Assembly (NCBI GenBank): GCA_030295235.1
Contig: AP026129.1
Location: forward strand, 434,001 to 498,000
Direction: 5' to 3'
From: Fistulifera solaris
Taxonomy: Eukaryota
DNA length: 64,000 nt
Below the pieces are notes generated by a model that saw nothing but the letters and a program-made list of their open reading frames with translations, searched no databases and was not told the DNA's origin. Shown piece by piece: positions 10,561 through 23,239 of the stretch; the stretch's first letter is position 1; each line of letters starts with the position of its first letter. A program made the position numbers and the translations under genes.

Positions 10561-13503
10561 TCATTTCGGTTGGGGCGGCGTCCATACAAATGTTTCTGGA
10601 GGTACTGTCTCACCTTCGGGCTCGTCAGCTGGACTTCTCAACGTTTCAAGCTCATCATCTTCTTGAGTGGAAGTATCTTTCAGAATAATCACGCCCATCG
10701 GCGTTGCCGTCAAGCGGACCGGCTGGTAGCGTTGTTCAAGATCGTACTGACAAACTAAAGATTGTGAAGCAGTGATGCGTGAAGGATTGCTTACTCGGAA
10801 CTCGGATGGCTGGGTTACCTTGCGCTCGGTTTCCGCTTTGTTTTCGACAACTTCTTTTTTAATATCGTCTTCCTTGATTTCTTCTACTTTGGGAGCGTCG
10901 ACGTCCATTTCTTCGCCATCGATCCCCAATTTAACTCGTTTCCTAGCCAAACGAGCCTTTTCTTTCGCGGTGGTGGACAGAGTAACTGTCTCAACTCGTT
11001 TCTTTTTTCTCCTCTTTCTTCTCTTCCATTTTCTTCGGGTAGGCGAATGCACTGGGTTTGGACTTGCACAAAATGCTAAATTTCTTGGGATATTGAAAGT
11101 TGGCATTCAAACCGATCGTGTAAGTCGGAGTGAGGGCTAAACTCCAAAAGTGCATCATGGGGAACCAGTGCCAGTGCTGCAACCATAAACACAGTCCCAC
11201 CGCACTCGTCATTTTGTTAAAACCCAGGCGAGATCCGAGTTTTAAAGCGCAATTTCGTCCGCCGGTGTCGATAATACCAATCGACATAATCGCACCCATT
11301 TTGGTCATAGTGCTTTGATGCTTTTCTCCAACAATCGAGAACAACTTCTCTCTGAAAGCACGAGTCTTCTTCGAGTCGCTGCACTGCATGTAAATCATCG
11401 CAGTGCCCATCAGCGCTCCTTGACGCACATAGTCTGTCATGTCATCTAACATGGGTTCAAGTAGTGCGATGCTCTCTGGATTTCCAGTACCAGCCATGGC
11501 TATACCAACGGACATACAACTCGCATAACGAACGTGGGGATTGAATGACTCCAAAAGTAGTTTCACAAGCTCTGGTACTCGACCGGGCGTCTTGTATAAA
11601 ACGAAGGCAAGACCTAAGACAGCAGCCATGCGGACATCGTCACTGACGTCGCTGACAGCAGTGTGCAATAGAATTCGGATGGCCTTGTTGCTTCCAGTCC
11701 CGCAATATGCCATCGCCAATGCATACTGAGCACCATATCGCATGATAGGGTCGCGGTCACTACGCATCTCTTCAATACACGCATCAGCATTGTCTTCCTG
11801 ACCGTAGTTAATAAGCGCAAGCCCCATGGCAATTCCACGAATGATTTTTTTCGTGCTGTGTTTCTCGCGCGTAATTCTTGAGTTCCGCAACCAACTCCGA
11901 GAAATCTTCTGAAAGCTTGCCGTTAGGATTTCCAGCCCCAGTACCGACTAGCACGAGTCCCAAACTGATTCCAGCAGCTTCACCGGAAACCGCAGAGTCT
12001 GTGTCGAGCAATTCCTTTAGTTCTTTACAAATAACAAGATCAGCAGAGCCCATTGCCGTTAAACCGACGCCCAACGCAGCTCCATGACTCTGAGCTTCGT
12101 TTGCATGAGAAGTTCTAAGATGCCCCCGAATGTATTGTAAGGACTCGTGGCGCTTGGCGGCAGATGTTCCTGGCTGGGCGTGAATTAGACCAAGTGCATA
12201 CAAACTACCACCTTCAGCGAATCCCCCAGCAGGGCTTACTTCTCCTTGTCCCTCTTCAGGAAGGTAAGGCTGAAGCAAATGTATGGCTTCGGTTATATGA
12301 CCAGAATGCACAACTCCCAGGGACGCAGTTGCCGAAAACTTCGCCCTAGCAAAAGACATGAGCGACCAGAAATTTGATCAACGTCCAAAGAACATACTTT
12401 CGTGAACACTTACCAGTTACTAGCTTTCTTCATCCAGTCGAGATGCTTTCGTAAGAAAGAATCATTGGTCGTTCCTGTATACAGATAACTGTGTGTCATG
12501 ACGGCAGCATGGTGTAGCACCGAACTGCGGCTGCCGCTCGATCTTTCCTCTAAAGCCTTTTTAAGGTTTTCCATGATCAAAGGATCTGCATGACTGTGCT
12601 TATGAAGGAAAGAAAGGGTTATTTCACCAGGGAAACCGTCCAACAGAATTTTACGTGCTTGATCAAACCCCTCATTGGGGATCTCTGCCGCAACGGCTTC
12701 AACAAACGCTTGATCTCCCGTATCCATCAGATCGAAGCACAACTGCAACCCCAGTAGTTTGTCATCTGATCCGAGAAGTTCCACAAGCGTCTGAGCAACA
12801 GATTTCGGTCGGTTCAACAATTGGTATACCACAACGAGATCGTAGGCAGCCTCCGTTCGCGGTTTCTTTTCCAAGCAATCGGCCACAACTTGTAAGGCTT
12901 GTTGACGAAAGGATTTCGCCGCAACATTCTCCACGCACGTTTTCCAAGCATATTCTAGGAACGCGGTATCTTGCGATGCCAAAATTTCCTTCAATTTTTC
13001 AACTTCCTGTGCCTCAAGGGCAATTCCTAGAGCGTGTTGATAATGACCTGCCTGACACGAAGCATCCATCAATCGATAAACCATGCTTTGCAGTTGATCT
13101 TTGGAAACAGAAACACTTTCGTCTTCTTTTACTTTCAAAAAGAATCAAGTGCTGCAGCAACGAGACGCTGGACGTAAGGACTGTGTTGTTCGAGAGGATC
13201 AAAATGTTGAGGACCGGCCTCCAAGGCCAGTCGCAATGCTTGCTGCGGTTCTTGCAAATGGAAAAAGACCCGAGACGCTACAGCAGCAGCGGCTTGTCGA
13301 AGCTCGTTTGGAAGTTCGTTGTTTTCGGCCATACTCTCTAAATCTGGCAAACATTCCGCGATCTGATGCCACAACGTGTTCACATGCGTTAATAATTGCG
13401 AGACGGCGGCGGTCTGTAACGCAAGGTCATCTTCTTGCAGAAGCGCCATCCAGCCAGTCGCCGAGGGAGCTAGGGCGGAAGCATTGCTAGCAACAACCGA
13501 CAT
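10561..13503 (-). CDS. RPN2: 26S proteasome regulatory subunit RPN2/PSMD1
   Basis: NW|AKFSATASLGVVH, PC repeats, VSDVSDDVR, FNPHVRY, KPSAFAYP. Intron ~12347-12413 and homopolymer indels at ~13138, ~11847 and ~11005. Confidence 0.95.
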
Positions 13504-13862
13504 TCTGTTAATCAAATGAAAAGGAGACTGGAAAGCAAATCAATGCGAGGCATTTACATTCATTGCCACGTCTTGTGCAAGAGCTTCAGGTCGAAGATCG
13601 GCTCATTTCGTTGACCTTCCTTTTGGCAATGAAGAGCGATGTATAGGCTAAGCAGTATCTCATTACCCGTACGACGTCAAGCATTGCGATCACGACTTGT
13701 CCCGCTTTTCCCTTTATTTGAGACGAAGACCAGAAGACTCACAGCTCGTGACTGGCTATTTGGGTCGCAAAACACTCTATTCGCAACAACAAAAACAAAT
13801 CCAATCTTTCGCATCATTTATGTTTCATGCTGCGTCCCAACTAACTTGATTCACCTTCGACC

Positions 13863-14853
13863 ATGGACAGTAAACAAAGGGCCCGAGAAATCGTAGAGAG
13901 AGAATTTCGTCGCAGCAAACGAAAGAACAAAAATGCCGACGACTCATCGGATGATGACGAAAGGGGCAGCCAACGGAGAAAACGTCCTTTGCTAACGCCC
14001 ACGCAAGTCAAAACCAAAGACCAAAAACGCCCCGGTAGCTGACTCTCAATATCGTGATAGGGCACAGGAACGAAGAGAGGGAAAATCGAAAAGAGATGAC
14101 GAAGATGGCATCTTTGATTGGAAGCAAGACAGGAACAAAGAATCGATTTCAGTAGCTCCCATAGAAAAAGAATATCCGGTAGAAAATACAACCGGCCGAT
14201 TTCAAACGAAAGAAGAAGCGCAAGAGTATTTGCAAAGCAATCCTTCGGTATCTACCGTCTTGGGACGAGCTATAGTGCGCTTCTGGCAGTCACGGTGGCA
14301 AAAGTGAATCTCAACGCGCCTCTCAAACTCTCATCGTCGGTGTATACCATGACAACAGAAACTTATCCTTCTCTTCTGATTATGCCATCGGAAAAAACCT
14401 ATCCATCGACGACCAACAATTCTATGCGTCCACTTTTACCAGACGATTTGTTGCAACAAATTCACCGTGCCTGCAGTAAAGAGAAAGATTGCCCACAAAC
14501 GACAAACGGAAAGGAGCCACTGCAGAAAAAAAGCGATAGTCGCGGATGACGATGACGACGAAGAAGACATTTTTGATAATCTAGGAGATGACGATGATAA
14601 AGAGGATTCGGAACAAGACACGGATGCGCCGACGAGGAAAGGTGAAAAGGTCGTATTATTTCAACCCGAAGAACCAGAGGAAGTAGCGCCCGCAATAACA
14701 TTTCCGGTAAGAAGACGGAACCAAGGCTTGGAACGCTTTTCTTCGGCCCCTTCCGAAGTTGACTACCCCGAGGATGAGAGTAGCGAGGATGAAAAGAGCT
14801 CGAAAAGAAAAGGCGTAAAAAAGGGAGGAGCGGATCTGACAGCGAATAGGTAG
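13863..14853 (+). CDS. RED/IK-like N-terminal domain protein (putative splicing factor)
   Basis: ATG at 13863; YRDRAQERREG motif at ~14049-14081; acidic DDEEDIF tract in 14467..14853; several homopolymer indels. Confidence 0.55.
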
Positions 14854-15481
14854 TAGAAAATTGGTTATCTATGATCTTTATGCAGTTGCATCTTTGAGTC
14901 TGCTTCTTGTCAAACAAAAGGCAAAGTGTTTAGCCCATAATTATTTGGCTTTGGACCAATGCTTTGCTCTCCTTTTTGTTAGCGGTACGATAGCGTTGAC
15001 TTTAAAGGACTGGTGAAAGTGAAAGCGTCGCTAATATACTTCTTACATTGTCGGAATTCAGCAGGAAAACTTATACACCATACTTCAAACCGAACTGGTC
15101 ACAACTGAAGAGGCTTGCGATCTGGGTGATATGACATTCCCTAGAAAAGAATTATCGCCTGAGAATTGATTACTAGTGAAGAAGCAGCACCAGGGAGTCG
15201 AAGAGCCTGGATCGCTTAACTTGCATATGTTTCGTTATTCTCTAACGGAATTGTGAAGGGAATTTTTGAGGACCACTCTTCATTCCCAACCAGACCGCAA
15301 GACACTTGTAAAGCGGCGATATGTAACTTCTGGTGCTCAGTTATAACGTATTAGGTATAAAAGGAGAAAAAATGCAGTAATTGAAAAGGAAGTCTTCCCT
15401 GTTGTAAGCCTTGTGTGAGGGCGAACGAATGAGGCCCGGTAAACAGTAATGAGCCAAATTCTTTGCACTTGCCTTGAGCCT

Positions 15482-15561
15482 GGAAACGACGTTAAAATTC
15501 TGCCTCCAGTACACGATTCTACGTAGCGTCAACGACGACGCAGAATTTTAACGCCGTTTCC
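15482..15561 (-). repeat. ~80-bp palindromic dispersed element, copy 1 (inverted relative to copies 2 and 3)
   Basis: GGAAACGACGTTAAAATTCTGC...GCAGAATTTTAACGCCGTTTCC; its reverse complement aligns end to end with 28297-28376 and 33285-33365. Confidence 0.95.
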
Positions 15562-15940
15562 CGGTGCCCGCCCGTTGCCTTTACCTCTCTAGTACCGGTA
15601 CCAGGTACTACCTGGTATCGCCTTTCAAATGGTTATGGATTTTACTTGTCGAAGCGACACCGAGTTGCATGGATCATAACATTCTAAAACAATTTACCCA
15701 ATGTGGTCGGTGTGTTGATGGTAATTCGTAAGTGGAAACAACTTTCATTACTCACCTTAGGCCGTTCCTAACTTAAAGTTGGATAACCTTAAAGTTCGAT
15801 TTACCCCAGTGTGAGATTATGGGTTGTCGTCTACACAATTGATTATAGTCGTTAAGTGGTTTTCGATTATTATCTACAATCCATACTTTTTCGTGTCGTT
15901 CAACTAAGTAAAATCCCCCGAATTTCACAAGGCGATTTAG

Positions 15941-16012
15941 TACCAGGTAGAATTGCAGTACCGTACCTGGTACTGGTACCGGTACCAGGTACGTAGTAAC
16001 TACGTAGTAGTA
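15941..16012. repeat. GTAC/TACC(A/T)GGTA-rich tract
   Basis: TACCAGGTAG...GTACCGTACCTGGTACTGGTACCGGTACCAGGTACGTAG, about 140 bp upstream of the next CDS. Confidence 0.8.
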
Positions 16013-16145
16013 ACATGCACCAAGATCCAAGATGAGCAATAGTTTTTGTCAACTCACAATCATTCGACTTGTTAAGGAAGGCAAACCAAGATAAACCAGG
16101 ACGCTAAACAGCTGATTGCTTGGCGATGCATGCAAAATAGTTGAT

Positions 16146-19100
16146 ATGACTGCTAGTAATGCACCAGCAAGTGCTGCTGGAAGTTCGGCAACCTCTAAGA
16201 TGAATGACGTTGAAGCGCTTCACGAACCTGTCGAGACGCAAGAGTTGTCGGCAATTGAGACGGTTCACAATAAAACTAAATTGTCGGGTCAGGGTCCAGC
16301 AAATTTTCCGGATGAATTGCCCTCTTGCAATTGCGAAGCGCCTTCCTTTTCGTCTGCTTTGCAAATGAAAGACCCCGCCGCGAAGGAAACTACAACGACT
16401 CGTACTTGCCCACCAAAAAAATTTCAGCAAGTCGACGATACACTTGCAGATTCTCTCCCCGAGAATGATGAAATTATCTTAGCCGAAAACAAGCTTAAGA
16501 CGTTACCATCGAATGAGCATGAAAAGAATTCATCAACATATAAAGGACCGCCAATAGTTGATACAGGCAATCCACGCGACGGCACGACAAACAAGGAAGC
16601 GCACAATCACAGGCTCTCGGAAAATCGAGAAACTCCTGATACTCCTGTTTTACAAGAATCGCAGAATGTGTCGGTGGGAAATAGCCGGCCCGACACTGTT
16701 GTTGTCGGTGGCGGCGAAAATGTTACCGGCGATCCTTCGCAACAAAAGAATTTATCTGACCCAACAATGATGATACAGCAAAACACGTGCATATCCCAAC
16801 AAGTACCGGAAACAGGACATCAATTTATACCGGCAATAGATGCTGCATCAATACGTCGTCCCGCGATCGTTGAGGGGACACCCGTTCTTCCAGTTATAGG
16901 TATCCCAGTGGCAGACAACAGCGCTTTGGCTTCTACTGCAACTGAGAACGTCACACAGTCGCAACTGAACCTCATACACACTGTTGTTGCACCAGAGGGG
17001 GCAACTGTCGTGGGTATGGTAGGAACAACACCTATCGTCAGGCTTCCGGATGCTTCAAAAGACTCGTAACGAAAAAGAAAGGCAGATTTAAGGTTTTTCA
17101 ACCGGTCATAGATGTCGTGCCAGTTGATTCTACTTCGAGTTCGCCTAGCACGACCATACAGGCTCCTACGGAAATGGCTCTTGCGGATCCCAACATGCCG
17201 ACCGTAGGAGGACAAGAGACGACAGGCGGTGCCGATCCAGAACCTGCAATGTTAATCAACCAACCTCCACTCCCATCCAACAATCCGGATGAACCCCAAA
17301 CATTCGAAGGGACAGGAGCTCCTGTAGTGAAACGAAAAGGTCGTTTCTTCGTTACAAATCTGAAAGATCCTGCCGTGATTGCTATCAACATTCAGCCCCA
17401 AATGGTCAATGGCGTACCAATATCAAACGCACCAGCAACTCAAACAACGGTTGAATCTTATCAGTTAACCTCAACTTACGTTCAAACCAGTGCACCAAAT
17501 ATTGCTGTTGCACCCGGTGCTGCGGATTTGTATCAATCTGTTGCAACGGCGGCACCCTCAGTCAATAGTCAAACGGTCATGCTATCCACAGTTCCAGTAC
17601 TCCAGCAACATCATCCTCAGCCTCAACCTCCACAACCAGTTCAATACGATCACTCGGTAGTGTCACAGCATCATTCGGGGGTTCATGTTCAAGAAACTTT
17701 TCACTTAGACCGCAATACCCAACGTGCTACCGAGCCGCGACAGTCATCGATACAGCAGCCAAACGTGACATTGCCAGGCGGCGCGGAAGGAACGAATCTT
17801 CAAAGTGATGTTTGGCCAGCCGAATCTCAAGTCGCATCAGAGAAGGTAGATAGTCCAAGTGATCGACCAATAGAGCATTCTGAAGCGTCACAAAACCAGA
17901 AACCACTTGCTCGACGGTATCAGTCAGTGCCAAAAAGTGGGCGGGAAGAACACCTTGCGCCCACAGGCCTTGGAAAGGTTTTTCATTTTCTTGATCAAAT
18001 GCGAACTGAAGTGACGCAAGCGGACAAGCTGATCAAGACGCTACAGACCGAGAACCGTCTATTGGTAAGTTACGGAATTCGCTTATTGTGGATCGGAAAC
18101 CTACTGTAACTGAATTGATACGCCTACAGAAAGAGAGAAACAAGGAGCTGGAGGCAAAAGTTATAGACGGTGACAGGAAGTTTCGAGAGGAAAAGGCGTT
18201 TAGGGAGGCTACTGATGCAAAATTGAAGGCTCTTCGGAAGAAAGTGCGCTCCATGAAAGAAGGTTCCGAGATTCAGAAAGAAGACGATAGTACCTTAACG
18301 ACTGCCCAACAGTCAGAAAACGCAGAAGCTGACCAGAAGAAGGCATTGTCGGGAAGTATTCAACCAGGCTCTGGGCACGCCGCTGCCAACCAAAAAGCAA
18401 ATTTGCCGCTACATGATGGACCCAAGAAAAGTAACCATGCAGCACATTCCCTACCAGCTACTCCAGATACAAAGGTTAAATCAAACGCTACATCACCTGA
18501 ATTAATGATGTTGCAAGTCGCTTCCGATAAAGAGCTTCCCCCGACACCTCCTTTTTCAAGGAGAAAGGGCTCTTCATCGTCAAATGTTCCAGTACCAAAA
18601 CCTAGTCCCAGTCATAGTCGAGTGAAATCCACACCGCATCTCCCAACGCACTCAGGGTTTTTAAACAACGGTCTTCCAAATCAACTGACTCGGAATAGTG
18701 ATACGTCGTCAACATCCCATTACGCTCATGTCCCACAAAGCGCAGGCGTTACACAAAGGGAGCACAGGGCCCCACGACTTGCCTCGACAGAGTTTGATCC
18801 TCTTGCGCCGAAAAAAGCGTCTGCTGCCCAGGTCGACAGCTCACATATCAACTTTGACCCTTTTTCGTCTGTTGCTTCACCGAACCAACACATAAGTGCG
18901 GGATTGCAAAGCAGCAACGGCACTCCGACTCACGTCATTCAGCCGACGTCTCTTTTTACTATGAACCAAACCACTGTACCAATTCCTGTTCATAGTCAAA
19001 CTGGGACATCTTTCGAACTCTTTGATTACACGACAATTCAGAATCAGCCGAAGACACAGCAGGATTTGTTACAGCAAAGCAATTGTCAAGAATCGCATCA

Positions 19101-19383
19101 GCAAATTCTTCTTGTACCGCAGCAAACGCTCGAGGTTTTAACGGACAATCAGATGTATCCAAACGCTTTAACTATGGGAAGTGCGAGCAACGTGCTCATC
19201 GAGCAAAATGTCTTGAACGTTGCGACTTCCGGGATGTGGGGTCCGCAGCCAGAAGAAGTGACAGTGGCACACGTAGAGACACAGCCAAAGTCAGATTTCG
19301 CCCAGGCACTAGCGTCGCAGTCCAGACTCAGCTTGCCATTGGACCCATTTGATGACTTGTTGAGTCGAGTCAATCAATCATAA
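16146..19383 (+). CDS. Large low-complexity protein with a central coiled coil and two KGRFxV motifs
   Basis: ORFs 16116..17069, 17117..18109 and 18088..19383 join via an A-run indel (~17058) and an intron (gtaagt ~18065 to tacag ~18129). Coiled coil LDQMRTEVTQADKLIKTLQTENRLL|KERNKELEAK. Confidence 0.7.
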
Positions 19384-19521
19384 CTCGCAATTGGTGGAAG
19401 TCAAGTACATGGTCGTATTTATATTTTGCTTCATTAGAATATGTATTATATCCATATATAAGAACAATTTAAAGAACAAAACTTGCGAGCTTCGCCAACT
19501 GACTTTGATTCCTTCATCGCG

Positions 19522-20690
19522 TCACCTGTACTTGCTGCCTTCGTCTTTCCGTGCTAACAACTCGTCGGCCTCATCCAATGGTTGGCTTTGTAATAACTCG
19601 ACGACTCTACGCAGAACACTAACCAAGAGTATTGGAGCGCGAACCAAACCAACAATGAATGTCTCCAAAATACCCAGCGGTGAGTTTCGATCATTATCCA
19701 TAGGGCGTTTCTCCTCCAAAATTCGTTGAATACTTTTCAGGCGCAATCGTTCCGCATCACTGAGCTGCGCTAACGTTTCATAAGCCTTTTGCTCTGCTTC
19801 CCCCAATGGCCCTTTGTACTTGGCATCTTTTGGTCGAAGGAATACGCCTGGTGCATTCATACGCTTTTCGGCAGCTCTCTTTTGCTCCGCATCGAATAGC
19901 TCTAGTACTTTGGCTTCAAGTTCCCCCAGCGGCCCAGGAACATCCAAAGGACGAACAACTTCACCACCTCTCCGTCTGCTTTGACTCATTCGCAATAACT
20001 CAGCATCTCGAATTTCTTCAAAAATACGGACCGCTCTGTATTCGGCTTCGCCGAGAGGACCGCGCATCGATTCATCCAAATCCTTGGGTCGGATTGTCTT
20101 TGTACGAACACGCTCACTTTCAGACAACTTGATTCGATCGAGAAAGTCGCTCGCGGCACTCTCAAGAAAGCCCAGCGGCCCTAGTTCTGTCCCCGCATCT
20201 TTCGGCCTCACCAACTGCCCTCCTCCATTGACAATACGTTCGGCTCGCCTTCCTTCTTCTTCGACGACTTGCGACAACCATTCTACTGCGGATTTCTCCC
20301 ATCGACCCAAGGGGCCTAACGAACTCTCACTCGCATCCATCGGGCGAACATACATAGGATCCTCACCTCTCATGCGTGCAAGACTCTGTTCGAGCATACG
20401 CTCGGCTTCTTTGCTTTGAAGATGTCAGATCTCCATTTATAGTCTTGAAGACTGAGCTGAGCGAGGTTGCGTGCTAGCGATTGAAAGATTGTTGTCTCTT
20501 GTTGTTCTGTATCAGATGATGGTTCTGGGTTGGAATTACCGCCGTACAGCTCGCCTTTGGGTTCTCGCGGAGAAACTGCGCAGAGAGCAACATGCGCTCG
20601 ACCAGAAATGGTGTTTGTAAACGTAAAGCAATCGACGCCGGCGAGGAACATCAACGCCATCAGGCACAAAGAATGTCGCGCTTCTACCAT
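19522..20690 (-). CDS. Uncharacterised plastid-targeted repeat protein (6x RPxD..GPLG..E)
   Basis: Signal peptide ending VDC-F plus a transit-like segment; ORFs 20370..20690 and 19522..20397 join via an A-run indel at ~20410. Confidence 0.8.
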
Positions 20691-21443
20691 AGTCTACCCG
20701 AATTATATTGTGACGATAAGTTTTATCAAAAGAAAGCAAATGCTCGCAAGAGTTAAAATAGTAATAATGCAGACCTTTCTTACTGTTCATTCATTGCAAC
20801 GAAACAGCGATTGAGTTGAAACCGGTACAAGTAGTTGTTGGGAAACGCGTTGATGGAGTCACCGCGCACGAATACTTTGTAATCATTGCGTGTGTTTGGC
20901 TGTTGGTGCGACAAGTTCTGGTAACATCGCGTCATACCTCACACACGTCATCGCTCATCGCCGTACTTAACGCCAACCCCAATGCAGAAGCATAGACGGA
21001 GTGTTATGAGAGACGTGGCTTGACGTGGATGACGTACCCCTACTTTATTCCTTTCTGTGTCACAAGAAACATGTGACGTTGATCGATGATGGTTGATGCA
21101 GAGGGTTGATGGTTGATGGTCCGTTTGTGTGTTTGTGTGGTCCACTTTTGTCCGTCTTTCACCTCGTCTTTTCGTCATCGTTGGCGCCAAGGTCGGATAA
21201 AGCGTTCTAATCCGAACGAACTACAACGACATTCATTCCAAACTTCCCTCTAGGTTAGTTACAAAATTGAGTTATCGAGATACTGACACGGAAGGTTTCT
21301 CTTTTAGGACTAAGCTGGAGTAGTTAAGAAATCTGTTCTACGTAATATCATTCTTTCGAAGTCTATAATTTTTGCTAGGATTGTAAACAAAGTTGTTTAA
21401 TATTATGGAAAAAATATAGACAAGTAAACAGCATCAATCATCT

Positions 21444-21818
21444 TCACCACCCTTCTTCCATTAAAAACTCATCAAAGCTCAGTCCAGGGCTCTCTTCACG
21501 GAGGAAATCGGCAATGACGTACTTCATGTACTCCACTTTTCCAAAAGACAGTTGTCCCTCTAGCCCGCCCATCACAGGTAATTCAAAGCAACCTAACACT
21601 GGTAATAGTGAATGCTCGGTTTTATGGCTCATCTTTTTGATGGTGTCGATAGAGTGAATGAGGTCGAACTGGAGCTCTTCGGGAACAATGCTCTTGGTTA
21701 CACCGACAACCACTCTCGAGGTATTTGATGGAGTCACCAGAAATGAAGGTTCAGCCTCCAGTAACTGAAAGGATTCCTGTTTCACAGTCTTGGTATCTTG
21801 CTCTCCTTTCTTTGATAT

Positions 21819-21854
<36 letters not shown>

Positions 21855-22364
21855 TGCCGAGATGTATGATAGTGATGACGACGACGGCTCTGGTGATACC
21901 CACGGCATGGCATAAAAATCAGGTTCTTGGTCAGGATTGGACTTGCTGCGAACTCCTGTTCCTTTTATTTGGATACGAGTGATTTCCTTGACCAGGTAAG
22001 GTTTTCCTCGTAGAAAAAGCTCATGATAATAACAGCCTTTGTCTTGTCCTTGAGTCAATCGTAAAAAACCGTACATATTACACTGACGGAGAAAGCTCTT
22101 ATACTTGGTGATCTTAAATCGGCCGGCAAGGATCGCTTGTAGCTCTTTTGGCTTGTGAATGGCAAAGCATCGGCCATGTGGCTGCCAGGAGATAATATGG
22201 TCAATTTGGTCGTGATGGGCTTGTTCAAGAAGCGCAAAGAGGCGCATCGGAAACTTGTTGAAAGATTTGGCTTCGTTGGATGGCATGTCGTTGGCATGAT
22301 CGTGATAGTTGTGCTGCACAACGGTGTTTTCAGGTGGGTCGTTTTTGTTGGTCGGTCGGCACAT
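21444..22364 (-). CDS. Heat-shock-factor-type transcription factor
   Basis: FPMRLFALL...IISWQPHGRCFAIH...SFLRQCNMYGF...YYHELFLRGKP DNA-binding domain, with flanking VQHNYHDHA and EPDFY motifs typical of diatom HSFs. Confidence 0.92.
21819..21854. repeat. (GTC)n microsatellite encoding poly-Asp in the HSF gene
   Basis: About 12 tandem GTC units. Confidence 0.9.
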
Positions 22365-23239
22365 TTTTTCACAACACTTTGTCGGAAGAGGTGCGATGAG
22401 TCGATGACAGAAAGATGCGCTCGCGGAAGATAATGAGCAATCCAGTTAACGGAATGAAGTCGTCGAAAGGATTCTGATCAAAAAGAATCTGGTGGTCGCA
22501 GAAAAAAATAAGCAATCCGATCCAATGGATACGATTTTAAGTTCTTGTTTGATATTGTATGTTACTTCTTGCCAAAGGTCGGAAGTTTGGCCGAGCCCAG
22601 GCAAAAAATAATGCAACAGTCACCTCACACACGGTTACATGTCCGTGATGTACTTTATATGATATTGGAAACAATTCTTACCATTACGACAAAAAAGCAC
22701 TAATTAAACGTAAGCCCCTATGTCACAAAGTACACTCCAGTACCGGACACGGCAAAATGATTGGTGCGTCGACGATCGACGACTGACATTACTTTAACAG
22801 GGCTTGACAAAAAAATTTACAGTGACAATTTATTGATAATTTCTACATAAGCAATTAGTACCGCATAGAAGTCAAAAATTCCCGAGACCCGCGAGCACTT
22901 TTACTTTAGAAAGCCCAGTAAAACTGAAATTTCAGTCATGGATGCAACGAAAGTGACATCACCATTTTTCTTCCTCTCGCTTTGAACTTTCGCAACGAGC
23001 GTTTTGCACGTGCACAGAAATTTCGGCGGAAAAACACGGAAAAGATTTTGAGTGGCATGAGAACTCGTGAGTGAACCGATGAGTGAAGTACGGAAGGACG
23101 GATCTTTTGTGTGTGCATTCGATCTTTCTGGAATTTCTTTTCATCGACGACCTTCTACAATCGTGGGGGGTGGTCGGGGGTCGGGGTAGCGTACTTGAAT
23201 TGCTTGCTTCGGTCGTTTCTAGCACATTGAACACCACTC

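Noticed and set aside
12655..13490. Long antisense ORFs over RPN2 (and similar ones over the transporter, Rab1 and ATM)
   Set aside because: Shadow ORFs of conserved genes with no recognisable motifs.
10561..13503. Programmed ribosomal frameshifting or pseudogenisation of RPN2 and other split genes
   Set aside because: Shifts go in both directions, occur in runs of all four bases with no shared slippery motif, and flanking protein sequence is fully conserved. Sequencing error is far simpler.
21084..21120. (TGATGGT)n-like tract as an interstitial telomere
   Set aside because: Short and imperfect, and it does not match TTAGGG-type repeats.
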